Origin: Epithemia pelagica
Lineage: Eukaryota > Protista > Bacillariophyta
Assembly (NCBI GenBank): GCA_946965045.2
Contig: OX337229.1
Span: 6,262,001 to 6,326,000, forward strand
Direction: 5' to 3'
DNA: 64,000 nucleotides
How positions within the stretch are numbered: the stretch's first letter is position 1; each line of letters begins with the position of its first letter. The notes under the pieces were generated by a model. It saw nothing but the letters and a program-made list of their open reading frames with translations. It was not told the origin of the DNA and ran no database searches. This document shows positions 1-11,221 of this stretch, piece after piece. A program made the position numbers and the translations under genes.

Positions 1-1
1 T

Positions 2-3000
2 ACCCAGTTCGTACACCAGGCTATTGCATCGACAGATATCAATCATCCAGCATCTGACCTCAGCAACATCTTGTCAACTTCTACGACAAAATCAAGTCCT
101 AAAGTCAAGTTCAAGTCTTCTGCTGATCACAAGCAAAAGGTTCATATGTCACGATATCTATTCTCCCGCAAATCCACCTTTTCTGGTAATCAACTCATCG
201 ATCGAGGTGCCAATGGAGACCTTGCAGGATCTGACATGCGTATCCTTGCCAAAACCGGACGTCATATTACCATCGTAGGTATTGACAATCATGAATTGAC
301 TGGCCTTCCAGTTGTTACCTGTGCTGCCAAGTTTGATACAAGTGATGGACCCATTATTGGTATCTTCAATGAGTATGCCCACTATGGAAAGGGTTTATCT
401 ATCCATGCCCCAGCGCAATTTGAACATTTCGGCCTATCTGTCGACGAACGATCCGTCAAGGTTGATGGCAAACAACGCATTACTACCCTTGATGGACGCG
501 CATTGCCCTTACGAATCAAGGATGGCCTTGCATACATTCAATCTCTGGGAATCCCTTCTGATGACGATATGGATAACTATCCGCATATTGTGTTCACTTC
601 ACCCCATATCTGGGATCCTTCTGTACTTGACCATACCCATCCAGACCCCCATCAAGACCCTGCACCGAACTGGACATCTGTGGAGACTGATGGTAGTATG
701 GAAACGTACCCCTATGACCAATATGGGGAGTATACCGATCGCGTTGTATGCACTTTGAATCTCCTCCTTGATCTCCCATATGATCATGGCCCCGATACAC
801 CTTCCTTCTTTTCCATCTATGCTGATCAAGATGGCAACGACCCCACACTTCATGCGTCTGTCCACAAACTCTACAAGGAACAATACGACTGGAAGAAATT
901 TCGCCCTTTCTTTGGGTGGCAATCGGAAGACGTAATCGCCGATACGTTCAAGCATACAACTCGTCATGGACACATTTCCTTTGACCAGGATACCTTGAAG
1001 AAACACTTTAAGGCCCGGAATCCTATCCTTAACCTTCCACGACGGCATGAACCCGTTGCCACTGACTCCATCTTCTCCGACACCCCGGCTGTTAACCATG
1101 GTGGCAAGATTGCTCAGATTTTTGTTGGTCGTGATACTTTGGTTACTGACATTTATGGTATCAAGTCTACCAAGCAATTCGTCAATACCCTCCAGGATAA
1201 CATTCGTACACGTGGTGTCATGGAGACTTTGATCAGTGATGGTGGTTCGTCACTTATTTCCCACAAGGTCAAGGATATTCTTCGCACCCTTCTGATTGGT
1301 GAATACTGTTCCGAGCCCTATCATCAACACCAGAACAAAGCTGAGAACCGCTATCAGACCGTTAAGCGTATGACCAATGCTATCATGAATGCATCTGGTT
1401 GCCCTGCTTCTGCATGGTTACTTTGTTTAGAATATGTGTGTGACCTCCTCAATCACACTTCCTCTCCCACCCACTCTGGCCGCACCCCTCTTGAGGCTCT
1501 TACCGGTACCCCACCCGACATTACCCATCTCCTTTTCTTTCCTTTCTGGGATGAGGTCTACTATCGTGTCGACCCTTCTGAACCTACCTCCGGTTCTTAC
1601 CCTTCGTCTCCCGACGAGAAGATTGGCCACTGGGTTGGTTTTGCCCACAATGTTGGTGATGCCTTTACTTGGAAGATCCTCACTGCCGACAACGTCATCA
1701 TCTACCGTTCCGCTGTCCGTCGCGTTGCCTCCACTACCCCCAACCTTCGTGTGGATATCTCTTCAGGGGAGGAGTCGCCGCATAAACCCACTGACAAGCA
1801 AGGTGACACTGTCTTTATTCGCAGCAGAAGTGAAGACCCATCCACACCTATGCCAACAATTGACTACGACGATTTAGTTGGACGCACATTCCTTTGTGAC
1901 ACTGAAGAAAATGGGGAGCGCCACCGAGCACGAGTAATCAAACGAGTTGTCGACCTGGAACAAGATGCAACCAAACAAGAAGACCGACTCAAATATATCT
2001 TTCGCAAGTCTAACTCCAATGTTGATGAGATGATCTCCTACAACCAGCTCATGGAATACATTGAAAGGGATAATCAAGCCCAAACGACAGGGGATAGTCT
2101 CTTCCGATTCAGAGACGTTATTGCACACCAAGGACCTTTGAACTCAAGCGACCCAGACTATAAAGGGAGTAAATATAATGTCCTTGTTGATTGGGAGACT
2201 GGGGAGACGACATACGAACCTCTATCTCTTATTGCAAATGATGACCCCATCACAGTCGCCATCTATGCCAAGAAAAATGGTTTGCTGGACCTACCTGGAT
2301 GGAAACATCTCAAGCGATACGTCAAGACAAGCAAAAGACTCATTCGAGCAGCTAAACAATCCAGGATCAAACAAGTTCGTCGCTCTATCAAGTACAAGTT
2401 TGGTTTCCAAGTACCTCGCACCTATGAAGAAGCAGTGGAACTAGACAAGCAATTTGGGAACACGAAATGGCAAGACGCAACAGAATTGGAACTCTCACAG
2501 ATCCAATCGTATAACACTTTCAAGGACCATGGAAAAGCCAAGTTCATTAATGGGAAATTGGCCAATGCACCAGAAGGATATCATAAGATAAGAGTACATC
2601 TGGTCTTTGATGTCAAGCATGACGGAAGGCACAAGGCACGACTTGTCGCAGATGGACATCTCACCAAGGAACCCGTTGAGACCATCTATTCAGGGGTTGT
2701 CTCCATTTGCAACCTTCGCATTGCCATATTTCTTGGAACCATGAACGACATGGAAATATGGGGAGCAGATATTGGGAACGCATACCTAGAAGCATTGACA
2801 GGAGAGAAGATTTTCATCATTGCAGGACCAGAGTTCAAGGAGTTAGAAGGACATATCTTGATCATCTACAAGGCATTATATGGTCTCAAATCCTCAGGTG
2901 CTCGCTGGCATGACAAACTGTTTGATGTTCTCATTGATATGGGATTTTCTCCAAGCAAGGCTGACCCTGATATTTGGATGAAGAAGGCTCCTGGAGAAGA

Positions 3001-4150
3001 CTGTTATGAATACATCGCTGTATATGTTGATGACTTAGCTATCGTTGCCATGGACCCTGAAGCTGTCTGCAAGATCTTTACAGAAAAATACAACTTCAAA
3101 CTCAAAGGAGTCGGACCTATCGAGTATCATTTGGGGTGTCGTTATACCAAAGATCCAGACGGTACACTTGTGTCTGACCCACGAAGGTACATCGAGAAGA
3201 TGATGGATACCTATGAACGATTGTTCAATGAGAAACCCAAGAAAGCAAAGCCGCCAGTCATTGCTAACGATCATCCTGAACTTGATGACTCTGAGCTTTT
3301 AGATGAAGAAGGGATCCAGCATTTCCAGACTCTTATTGGACAACTGCAATGGCTAATTACCATTGGCCGTTTTGATGTCTTCCCTGCTACCATGACTCTA
3401 TCAAGGTTCAGAGCTGCTCCAAGGATTGGTCATTTGAAGCGAGCTAAGCGCATCTATGGATACCTCATGTCATTTCCTGATGGGTCTATCAGATTCCGCA
3501 CTGGGGAGCCAGATTTATCAGCTTTACCTATCCAAGAATACGATTGGAGTCGTACCGTATACATGGACGCCAAGGAACGTATCCCTGAGGACTGTCCAAC
3601 CCCACTTGGGCGTTTTGTGACAACTATACATTATGTCGACGCAAATCTCATGCATGATATGGTTACTGGGAAAGCAGTTACAGCCATCCTGCATTTTGTA
3701 AACGGTACACCCGTGGACTGGTACAGTAAGCGACAAGCCACAGTGGAGACAGCCACGTATGGATCTGAATTTGTTGCCGCAAGGACTGCAGTTGATCAGA
3801 TCACGGAGCTACGCCTTACACTCCGATACTTGGGAGTCCCTCTACGAGAGAAGAGCTACATGTTTGGAGATAACCGCTCTGTCGTTATCAATAGCACCGC
3901 ACCACACTCAATCATCTCCAAGAGGCACCATCTCCTATCCTATCACCGAGTCCGTGAAGCTATCGCTGCAAAGTACGTCGCATTCTACTGGAAAGATGGA
4001 AAGACAAACCCAGCTGATATCCTCAGTAAACATTGGGAATTCGCCGCAGTTTGGCCCATGCTCAGATCTTTGTTATTCTGGAGAGGAAAAATCCAGGAAA
4101 GTGATGAGGGAATTGACAATCCTCATTCGACGAATTGTGGGGAGTGTTAG
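2..4150 (+). CDS. pol: Copia pol polyprotein (5'-incomplete; frame is open from base 2)
   Basis: Protease LIDRGANG; integrase D-D-E (VATDSIFS / LISDGG / NKAENR); RT GADIGNAYL, ALYGLKSSG, YVDDL; RNase H YVDANL, TYGSEFVA, FGDNRSV, NPADILSK. No stops or frameshifts. Confidence 0.95.
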   Translation, partial: TQFVHQAIASTDINHPASDLSNILSTSTTKSSPKVKFKSSADHKQKVHMSRYLFSRKSTFSGNQLIDRGANGDLAGSDMRILAKTGRHITIVGIDNHELTGLPVVTCAAKFDTSDGPIIGIFNEYAHYGKGLSIHAPAQFEHFGLSVDERSVKVDGKQRITTLDGRALPLRIKDGLAYIQSLGIPSDDDMDNYPHIVFTSPHIWDPSVLDHTHPDPHQDPAPNWTSVETDGSMETYPYDQYGEYTDRVVCTLNLLLDLPYDHGPDTPSFFSIYADQDGNDPTLHASVHKLYKEQYDWKKFRPFFGWQSEDVIADTFKHTTRHGHISFDQDTLKKHFKARNPILNLPRRHEPVATDSIFSDTPAVNHGGKIAQIFVGRDTLVTDIYGIKSTKQFVNTLQDNIRTRGVMETLISDGGSSLISHKVKDILRTLLIGEYCSEPYHQHQNKAENRYQTVKRMTNAIMNASGCPASAWLLCLEYVCDLLNHTSSPTHSGRTPLEALTGTPPDITHLLFFPFWDEVYYRVDPSEPTSGSYPSSPDEKIGHWVGFAHNVGDAFTWKILTADNVIIYRSAVRRVASTTPNLRVDISSGEESPHKPTDKQGDTVFIRSRSEDPSTPMPTIDYDDLVGRTFLCDTEENGERHRARVIKRVVDLEQDATKQEDRLKYIFRKSNSNVDEMISYNQLMEYIERDNQAQTTGDSLFRFRDVIAHQGPLNSSDPDYKGSKYNVLVDWETGETTYEPLSLIANDDPITVAIYAKKNGLLDLPGWKHLKRYVKTSKRLIRAAKQSRIKQVRRSIKYKFGFQVPRTYEEAVELDKQFGNTKWQDATELELSQIQSYNTFKDHGKAKFINGKLANAPEGYHKIRVHLVFDVKHDGRHKARLVADGHLTKEPVETIYSGVVSICNLRIAIFLGTMNDMEIWGADIGNAYLEALTGEKIFIIAGPEFKELEGHILIIYKALYGLKSSGARWHDKLFDVLIDMGFSPSKADPDIWMKKAPGEDCYEYIAVYVDDLAIVAMDPEAVCKIFTEKYNFKLKGVGPIEYHLGCRYTKDPDGTLVSDPRRYIEKMMDTYERLFNEKPKKAKPPVIANDHPELDDSELLDEEGIQHFQTLIGQLQWLITIGRFDVFPATMTLSRFRAAPRIGHLKRAKRIYGYLMSFPDGSIRFRTGEPDLSALPIQEYDWSRTVYMDAKERIPEDCPTPLGRFVTTIHYVDANLMHDMVTGKAVTAILHFVNGTPVDWYSKRQATVETATYGSEFVAARTAVDQITELRLTLRYLGVPLREKSYMFGDNRSVVINSTAPHSIISKRHHLLSYHRVREAIAAKYVAFYWKDGKTNPADILSKHWEFAAVWPMLRSLLFWRGKIQESDEGIDNPHSTNCGEC
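4139..4144 (+). promoter_or_regulatory. Short polypurine tract (GGGGAG) directly before the 3' LTR
   Basis: Immediately precedes TGTTAG at 4145, the expected PPT position. Confidence 0.55.
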
Positions 4151-4902
4151 GATTCTCACCGAAAACTAGGTGGCGAAACCTACAACTCATCGAATGATGC
4201 TAGTATTTTATGACATCCGATGACATTTTCCTAAAAGTGAGAAAAGAATGTCGGCATGCTCGCGAAACTATAAATTTGGCCACGGCATGCTCGCAGTGCA
4301 CGCGTTATCGGCGACCGCTCGGATATTAACTATGGCCCAACACGTGCGCGCCCAAAACTATCAAGTGCGCGCCTCTACTATCCGAGTACGCGCATCCACG
4401 ATTCGACCTAACGGTCTATGTAATCAAAGCACGAATCACGATCACGCGAGACCATATCTCTGTTCCCACAAATCCAAGAATGCAAACAGCAACGCGCCCA
4501 GGACAAGACTTATACCACGACAAAGCAAGAGCTGTTGCATCCCATACACGTTATCCATCACCCTATACATTCAATATACACCAATGCCGGTCTACTCCAA
4601 CCAGTGAGGACCTATCACACCAGATCCATGGCCGTATGCAAGAGCCAGGACTTCGACACCATCAACCACCTTAGTTAGTAATCGTCTCACAATCATTAAT
4701 ATCACCATTTTAACACTCATCTTAAGACTAACCTCTTATCAGTGGACCGACTGCCCCCACCCACGGCGGACTTCGACTTGCAACTCTTCTCTGACCCGTG
4801 GAGGATTGTTGTATCGGTTGGTGATTCGATTGTCGGCTCAACGAGCCTTTTACCTATCCTACCTATCTGTCTAACCCCTGTTGAATCGAGAGAAGTTTAT
4901 CA
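4145..4902 (+). repeat. 3' LTR (about 758 bp)
   Basis: Starts TGTTAGGATTCTC and ends GAGAAGTTTATCA (9/13 match to the reverse complement of the start). The 5' LTR is not in the window, so the right boundary cannot be confirmed. Confidence 0.68.
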
Positions 4903-5132
4903 GGTGGGGAGGGTCGTTTAGTGGACTGTCGTTTTCTCTGTTCACAATCCGTACCCTGTACTCAGAAGTTTTCACACAAAGAAGAAACTATAATGAGAGA
5001 ACTGATTCATTCTCTCAACAAAGACAAAAATACAACCGTACCTTTCTCTTTTTTGGAGGGGAACTTTTGCCCTGCTACCAAACACACCAAAGATCAGTTC
5101 ACCACGATTGTTCACAAACAAAGAAAACCTTG

Positions 5133-7245
5133 TCACAATATACGCACCTTGCCCACGTCTACCTCTCTTGCACCTTTCGACGAGTCGCGAGTATTCTCGG
5201 TTCTTGTTTGTTCCTGGACATTTTCATGTTCCAACGGAAGAACAGTGTTCAATCTTTCATCTAACTGAGATTGCCCATCCACAAGCACGGCCTGTACCTG
5301 ATTTTTTTCCTTTTTATTCCGTAGAGCAACGTCACTGCTCTCATTCCTCTGCGTATCCAGTGAATCCTGTCTATGGGCACTCTCTTTCGAAAGGAGTGTT
5401 GTTTGCCCCTGGCTGTTTCTGTTTTGTGTCGTTAGAGCACAACCCCCGCTCTCCTGTACTTCTTTCGAAAGGAGTGTTGTTTGCCCCTGGCTGTTTCTGT
5501 TTTGTGTCGTTAGAGCACAATCCCCGCTCTCCTGTACCTGCGTAACCAACGATTCTTGATCTTGTACATTTTTACCATTAGATCGAGCTGTCTTCGAAAG
5601 ATTTGTATTATCTTGTGTATCAGAATTCCTCTCTCTGTCTTTACCGGCATGACCATCTGTCGTTCCCATTGCCATAACAATCGGATCATCTGATTCTTGC
5701 TCAAAGTCCTTACGTGTTTCCGACATCTTCTGCATGGCAACTGTGTTATCTCTGTTGATTGCATTTGCTACGTCTTCGAACAAAGGTTGTGACACATCTA
5801 TACTCTCTGAATCAATTGACTCGTGCTCGGCTATCTCCTCATTGTGATTTTCCTCTATCTCACAGGCAGCCACACCCAATGGAACTGATGCGTTTGTTGA
5901 AATCGCCCCGCCATTCGAAGGACTTATCTCCTTTGGCGTCGAATTTTTACGAGCCATTTCAATAAGTTGTGTTTCCTTATTGACATTCTCACTCCTGATT
6001 ACCCTCGTTGCTCGATCATCTTGAATTGGATGCCGTACTGGAATGCGGGATACATCCCCTGATTCTTCGTTTCCTTTTTCAGTAAGATCCGATATTTCGG
6101 CCGGATTACGTTGAACGACTAACTCTTTGCCCGTCATATTTACTTTGATAGCATTCAGTTGCTTCGGGACAAAGCAACTCGCCCACAACTTTCTAACGCA
6201 CACTTCGTCAATTCGTACTCCAATCGTTTCCGTAAAAATTTGACTGGCCCGTTCAAAATCGGGCGTAGCACTATCGACTTCGATTACATTCGAGTCCGTG
6301 TTTGTTTCCTTGACAGACATACAACAAATTAGGCATAGCATTCTTGGAATAACGTATAGAATCCCAATTCTGACGACGTACCTTTTTTTCTTGGGTGACC
6401 ACGTAGAACGACTGCGACTGGTTGTATTGTACCTTTGTCTCATAATTGTGCTTCTTTCCTTGATTTTTCGTCAAGGAAACACTCCATCCAGCATTACGCA
6501 ACATTGGAGCCATAAGCCCTCCAACAATGGCAGATTTTGCAGATCTTGCAACCGCCGAGAAGCCACCTCTATCCGTTGGGCAGATGCGGGTTCTTTTTCC
6601 GTTCACAAACTTTGGCTTATGCAGCGGGGCCATTGTCATTCCTTCTTTGTCAAACCACCGATCAATAGCATGGGCCAACCAATGTCGATCCTTGTGAAAC
6701 TGCAGTACCAACTCAAAAACCATTCGTTGATTAGCCAATGTACATGGAAGTTCATTTAGAATTTTGCGGAAATCAGTCAAGTGCACCGGAAAAGCTGCTT
6801 TTCCGGGCATCTGGATATCCAACTCTTTTGCACGATCACGAAGACCATTTTCATAAGTTCTCTGTATATGCGCATGGAGACTGTCTCTGATTTCTTTTAT
6901 TTCTTGCAGCATTAAGTTTCCATCTGGAGGTTCAGTATCGGCCAATCCGTCAGTTCGCCTTCCTTTCCTGTATATCCACAACAGTGCTGCTTCTTCCGAA
7001 GTTGATGGACCCACACCTGTCTCCTGATGGAAAAAATTTCTTGGATATTCCAACAATACACGTGGGGAAGTTGATCCTGTCGACGTGTGTGAATCTTGGA
7101 CATTCGGAGTCTCCATATTGCGAATAGAGTAAGGTTCAGTTTGTCTTGCTTCTTGATTACCAAGTTGATTGCCGGTACTGTCTTGTGGTATGGCGTTATT
7201 CAATGGAATACTCGTTGCCTCTGTCTGACGATTAAGAGATGGCAC
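5133..7245 (-). CDS. Unknown protein, at least two exons (7245-6382 and 6308-5133, about 679 aa); further 3' exons possibly cut by the copia insertion
   Basis: Two overlapping ORFs join in frame (phase 0) across a 73-nt GTACGT...CAAG intron at 6381-6309. N-half looks globular, C-half is low-complexity and acidic. Confidence 0.6.
5383..5537. repeat. Near-perfect 78-bp tandem duplication (26 aa, frame-preserving)
   Basis: TCTTTCGAAAGGAGTGTTGTTTGCCCC... starts at 5383 and again at 5461. Confidence 0.92.
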
Positions 7246-7949
7246 ACCTCCATTGATATGAGAAATAAGAGACTACACAGAAAATACAGAAACATTCGTT
7301 GAGTCTTTCGACAATACCACTATAACGTAAGGATATGCATCCAACTTACCATACTATCAATTGGCAAACCTAGCTTTTGTAATGCGGATGGTATATTTCG
7401 AATCAAAGCGATATGTCCATGGCAATGAGACGAAGTTGAAAAAAGGGTGTTGCCAAAGAATCAAGAACATCACACATGCCGCACAGAAAAAAGGACGAGA
7501 ACCACACACCATCGTGTTTGATTTTCATTCGAAACAAAGAACGAGCAACGGTTTCTCAGAGTCACGAACGGTACTTGGCTGTCTAAGTACCATTGTTTCA
7601 CGAGACTAAAGTATGTCACTTTGGTTAATTGGTCGATTACCGTATCCTGAATCAGAGTACCGTCTGCTGATGAACTAAGCCATATGCCTATGTATTTTCA
7701 AATTTTGAGTACCTATCAGACATGATTTTGGATACCGTGAGATGAAAGTAATAAGTATCAATCATGTCACATATCGTTTTGGGGGATGAGAGTCATCGCG
7801 TCGTGTGGGGGATTGTGGTTCCGAGATAAACTCATAATACCGACAATGAACGACGAGACATCCAAAAGATCTCGGAAGTACATTCATTGACAGTGATTCG
7901 CCATTGCAGGATTTCCTTTGTCCCCACCCTGTTCCATCGCTATAGTGCA

Positions 7950-10900
7950 ATGAGTAATGACCAACTCAATGAAAGCCGATCGATCACCGTTCTTTGTAGG
8001 GAATGCTCCATGGAAGTTGTCTGTCTCCCAGCCAAAACATCTCCTCCCGGTATGGAGACATATCTTTATGAAGGTTCTTGTTCCAATTCCATTGCCAATT
8101 GCCGGGTTTCGTCGACCAATTTCTTTTCTTGTCGACTTTGTATCCAAAGTCAAGAGAGGACTGGGAAGTCTTCGGGGTACATTGCCCAGTGGAAATACGT
8201 CCAACGACACTCACAGACGTCATTCCATCAAAAGAAGGTGGAGCAAGAGTCTATTCATCAATCTTCACCGCCTGTTGATGACCAAAATGGCTTAGACTGT
8301 TTTGATTCCGACCAAATGAGTCAAATTTCATCTCCACAACCGATACTGGATGCAACAGACCAAATTCCGACTGAAATGGAACTATTCCAAATGGGGTTTG
8401 ACCGAAAATCGACTACGCCAAAGTATCTCATTCAAGAAGCAAAAGAGAAAGGCAGTGGTATACGCTGGTTGACTGCCAATGCTTTTGGTCTGAGTTCCGC
8501 ACAAGTTTCTACAGAGGAATCAATATTTTGTCTAAAGATTTCGTCTCTGTTGGTACAACTAACAGAACAACAGAAGAAGATATTTGCTGAAATTTTGACC
8601 ACGGCAGGAAATAGTGGCCATAGCCAGCTATCCATTTTCCAAAACATCAGACTTCCATCAACAACTGAAGATTTTGATCGGTTCTTTTTAACAGGAAAGA
8701 ATGCGATTCTTCCCAATCTGCCACACCCAATTCCCAAAACGACGCCGGATGGCAGTCACTCATATGTTTCTCTGTACGATTTATTGGCCAACGAGATAGG
8801 TAAAGCTACCGAGTACGATGATTTTGATTTCATGGCAAAATTGCAAATTGCTCCAGACGACGCTGTTCCGAGTGTTTCTAGCACACAATGTGCCAAGTCA
8901 CTGTTGTTCTCCATGAAAGAAGAACAAAAAAGAACTGGTAACGGTTCAGATCAATTTACATTGTATCTATGGCTTCGCGAATGGCGCGATGATTTCGATC
9001 CAAACAACACAAAATCATCGCGGAATCAAGTTTGGTGTAATACATATACACTATGTCCTCCTCATCAATCAACGAATGTGCGTGGATCAACAACTTACTA
9101 CATTGGTCTATCGAGTAAAGGAGAAGACCACAACAAGATTGAAGAGATAATGACCAAAGAATTGGATACATTATCGTCGACAGGTCTCCGACTATATCAT
9201 GGTGGATTGAAGAAAGTTATACATGTTATGGTTGGGAAGCTGTTGATCTCTGTCGATCGACCTGAACGGACAACCATATTCCGTATCGGAGACCACAATG
9301 GTTCGTATTCGGCTTTTTGGGGGTATGCTACCAATGTAGATGGTACTTGCCAAATAAACCATTTACCATCGTGTACAGAGTGTAAGAAAAGACGACTCCA
9401 GCGTCTGCAATGCGGATTCCAAGTTGGTAACACGGCTCGTGATATATGCGAGTCATGCTCTGACTGGAGAATCGAAGACCCGAACTTCGTTTTCGTAGCA
9501 CCAGCCGATTACCCGCAGGTCTATGATCAATCGCCAAATGCTCCTAAGCCCCCAATTCTCCGCGATTTGTGGCACCGTATCGAGGACATACCAGTGAGCG
9601 AGACAGATCCTTCTTCCGAGGTGACCGATGATGTTGTTACCGTGGTGGATAGCAACAATGACGTCGTTGGCCAGGTTCGAAAGAAACGTCGGAAGAAGTC
9701 AAGAAAGAAACCGACCAAAAGAATCCTTCTTCGATCCGTTAAGCTTACGGTTAGTTGGCTCAAACAAGCTGTTCTGTTCGCATGTCACAACGTGACCCAT
9801 CAGACAATACAGAGCGATGGTTCGAGGAAAAAATTCTGGACGAAAGGAAATTTCAATGCGTTCTTAAAGACTTGCGCACTTACAAACCGCATGACAGAGT
9901 CAATATACCAACAATGCACGACTTCCGAAGGAGATATATGCTTCCCAACAAGTTGGAAGGAGATTGGAGCACTGGCCAAATGCCATTTCGCTCCGATGCA
10001 CATGCTCTTTTTGGGCCACGCGAAAAGTAATTTGGAGATGGTGTCGAAATGGCTTGGGAAATACAATCGTCTTGCTCCTTTTGGTAAGCAAGTGAACAAA
10101 GTGCTGGAGGGCATCAGGTCGCTGCGGGCGACGAAGTTCTTTTGTGCGCAGCCACTATCCACGTCCTCTTGGGGTACTGGAGTTTGGGTGTCCGAGAATT
10201 ATTTACTCGGTGCAAGAATTTGGAGGTTTCTGATGTCGCTTCCAAGTATATGTGACAGTCGATGGTTCCGCACTCCAGGGTACAAGGACGAATGGCGCTC
10301 ACTTAGCCGCTTTATAACCAGCATGGCCATGTGCTTGGGACGGATAATGACAAATTGCAAGACCATCGGTCACTTGGAAGATTATATCCACTTGTATATG
10401 GATCATATGGCGGAGGTAGATCTCATTCTCTTCGAGTCTGATCGACAGAAGAAAAATCCCAATTTTACTAAGTCCAATTCTTTGGGTATCCTATCGTGCG
10501 CTACAGCTCATTCCGAGATGGGTCCAGCGATACTACACTGGGAAGGGGGGTGGGAGGGCGAGAGAAAGATTCAACAAGTCAAACCATTGTTATCCATTAA
10601 GAGGAGCACAGCTGATTGGACCACCATAACAATGTGAAAACTATACCAATACGACACACTACAGTGGATGCTGAACCAAGCAGATGCATCAAAGGAGAAG
10701 TCTCGAATGAATAGGGAAAGTGATTCGATGATAAGGATCTTCAAAAGCCGTTCCGAAATGGAGGACCATTTATCCGAGAATGGTATTCTTTGTGGTGTAC
10801 TTGGCCGTGATAACAATGCTTACATAGCATATAGACCCATTGGTGAAGAAACTGGTAATACCAGGCGCCTGGTAAAATTGTGCCGATTACGCTTCCAAGA

Positions 10901-11165
10901 TGAAATAGGAGAATGGACACAAACAATGTGTTGGGTGGCACCGGTGTTGGGGACAAGCGAAACACGTCTATTCCAGTCTGTTGCTGAGATGAAGAAGGAT
11001 TTTGTGCAAGAAGTATTGCTCCTTATACCACTGACATCGTCAACGACTGGGAATTTTATTAACTCATACTACACCGTTGGGAATCTATGGAGAGAAAGGT
11101 GGAATGATGGATCATATCGACTGGTCCCCATCGAAGCTATCACGAATAATGTGGACAATAGTTGA
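7950..11165 (+). pseudogene. CMC/EnSpm-like DDE transposase interrupted by one in-frame TGA (10635-10637)
   Basis: N-terminal CxxC...H...H zinc-finger-like motif (CRLC...RHSQTSFH); EWRDDFD (8979-8999), VDRPER (9252-9269), PMHMLFLGHAK (9993-10025) and HWEGGWEGERKIQQVK resemble CACTA-family motifs. ORF 10668-11165 continues in the same frame after the stop. Confidence 0.7.
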
Positions 11166-11221
11166 ACTATATTGGCTTATATATTACTATAGATATACTT
11201 CGTATGGAGACGTTGCGAGAA

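Larger units (their letters stand above)
1..4902 (+). mobile_element. Ty1/copia LTR retrotransposon (CoDi-like), 3' portion; gag and 5' LTR lie upstream of the window
   Basis: Pol domain order protease-integrase-RT-RNaseH is diagnostic of copia; followed by a purine tract and a TG...CA-bounded LTR candidate. Confidence 0.92.

Noticed and set aside
4871-4875. CTAAC as the LTR right end
   Set aside because: It lacks the terminal CA; GAGAAGTTTATCA at 4890-4902 gives a TG...CA end with a longer inverted match.
10635-10637. Selenocysteine or programmed readthrough at the transposase TGA
   Set aside because: No redox context or recognisable SECIS; a point mutation is simpler.
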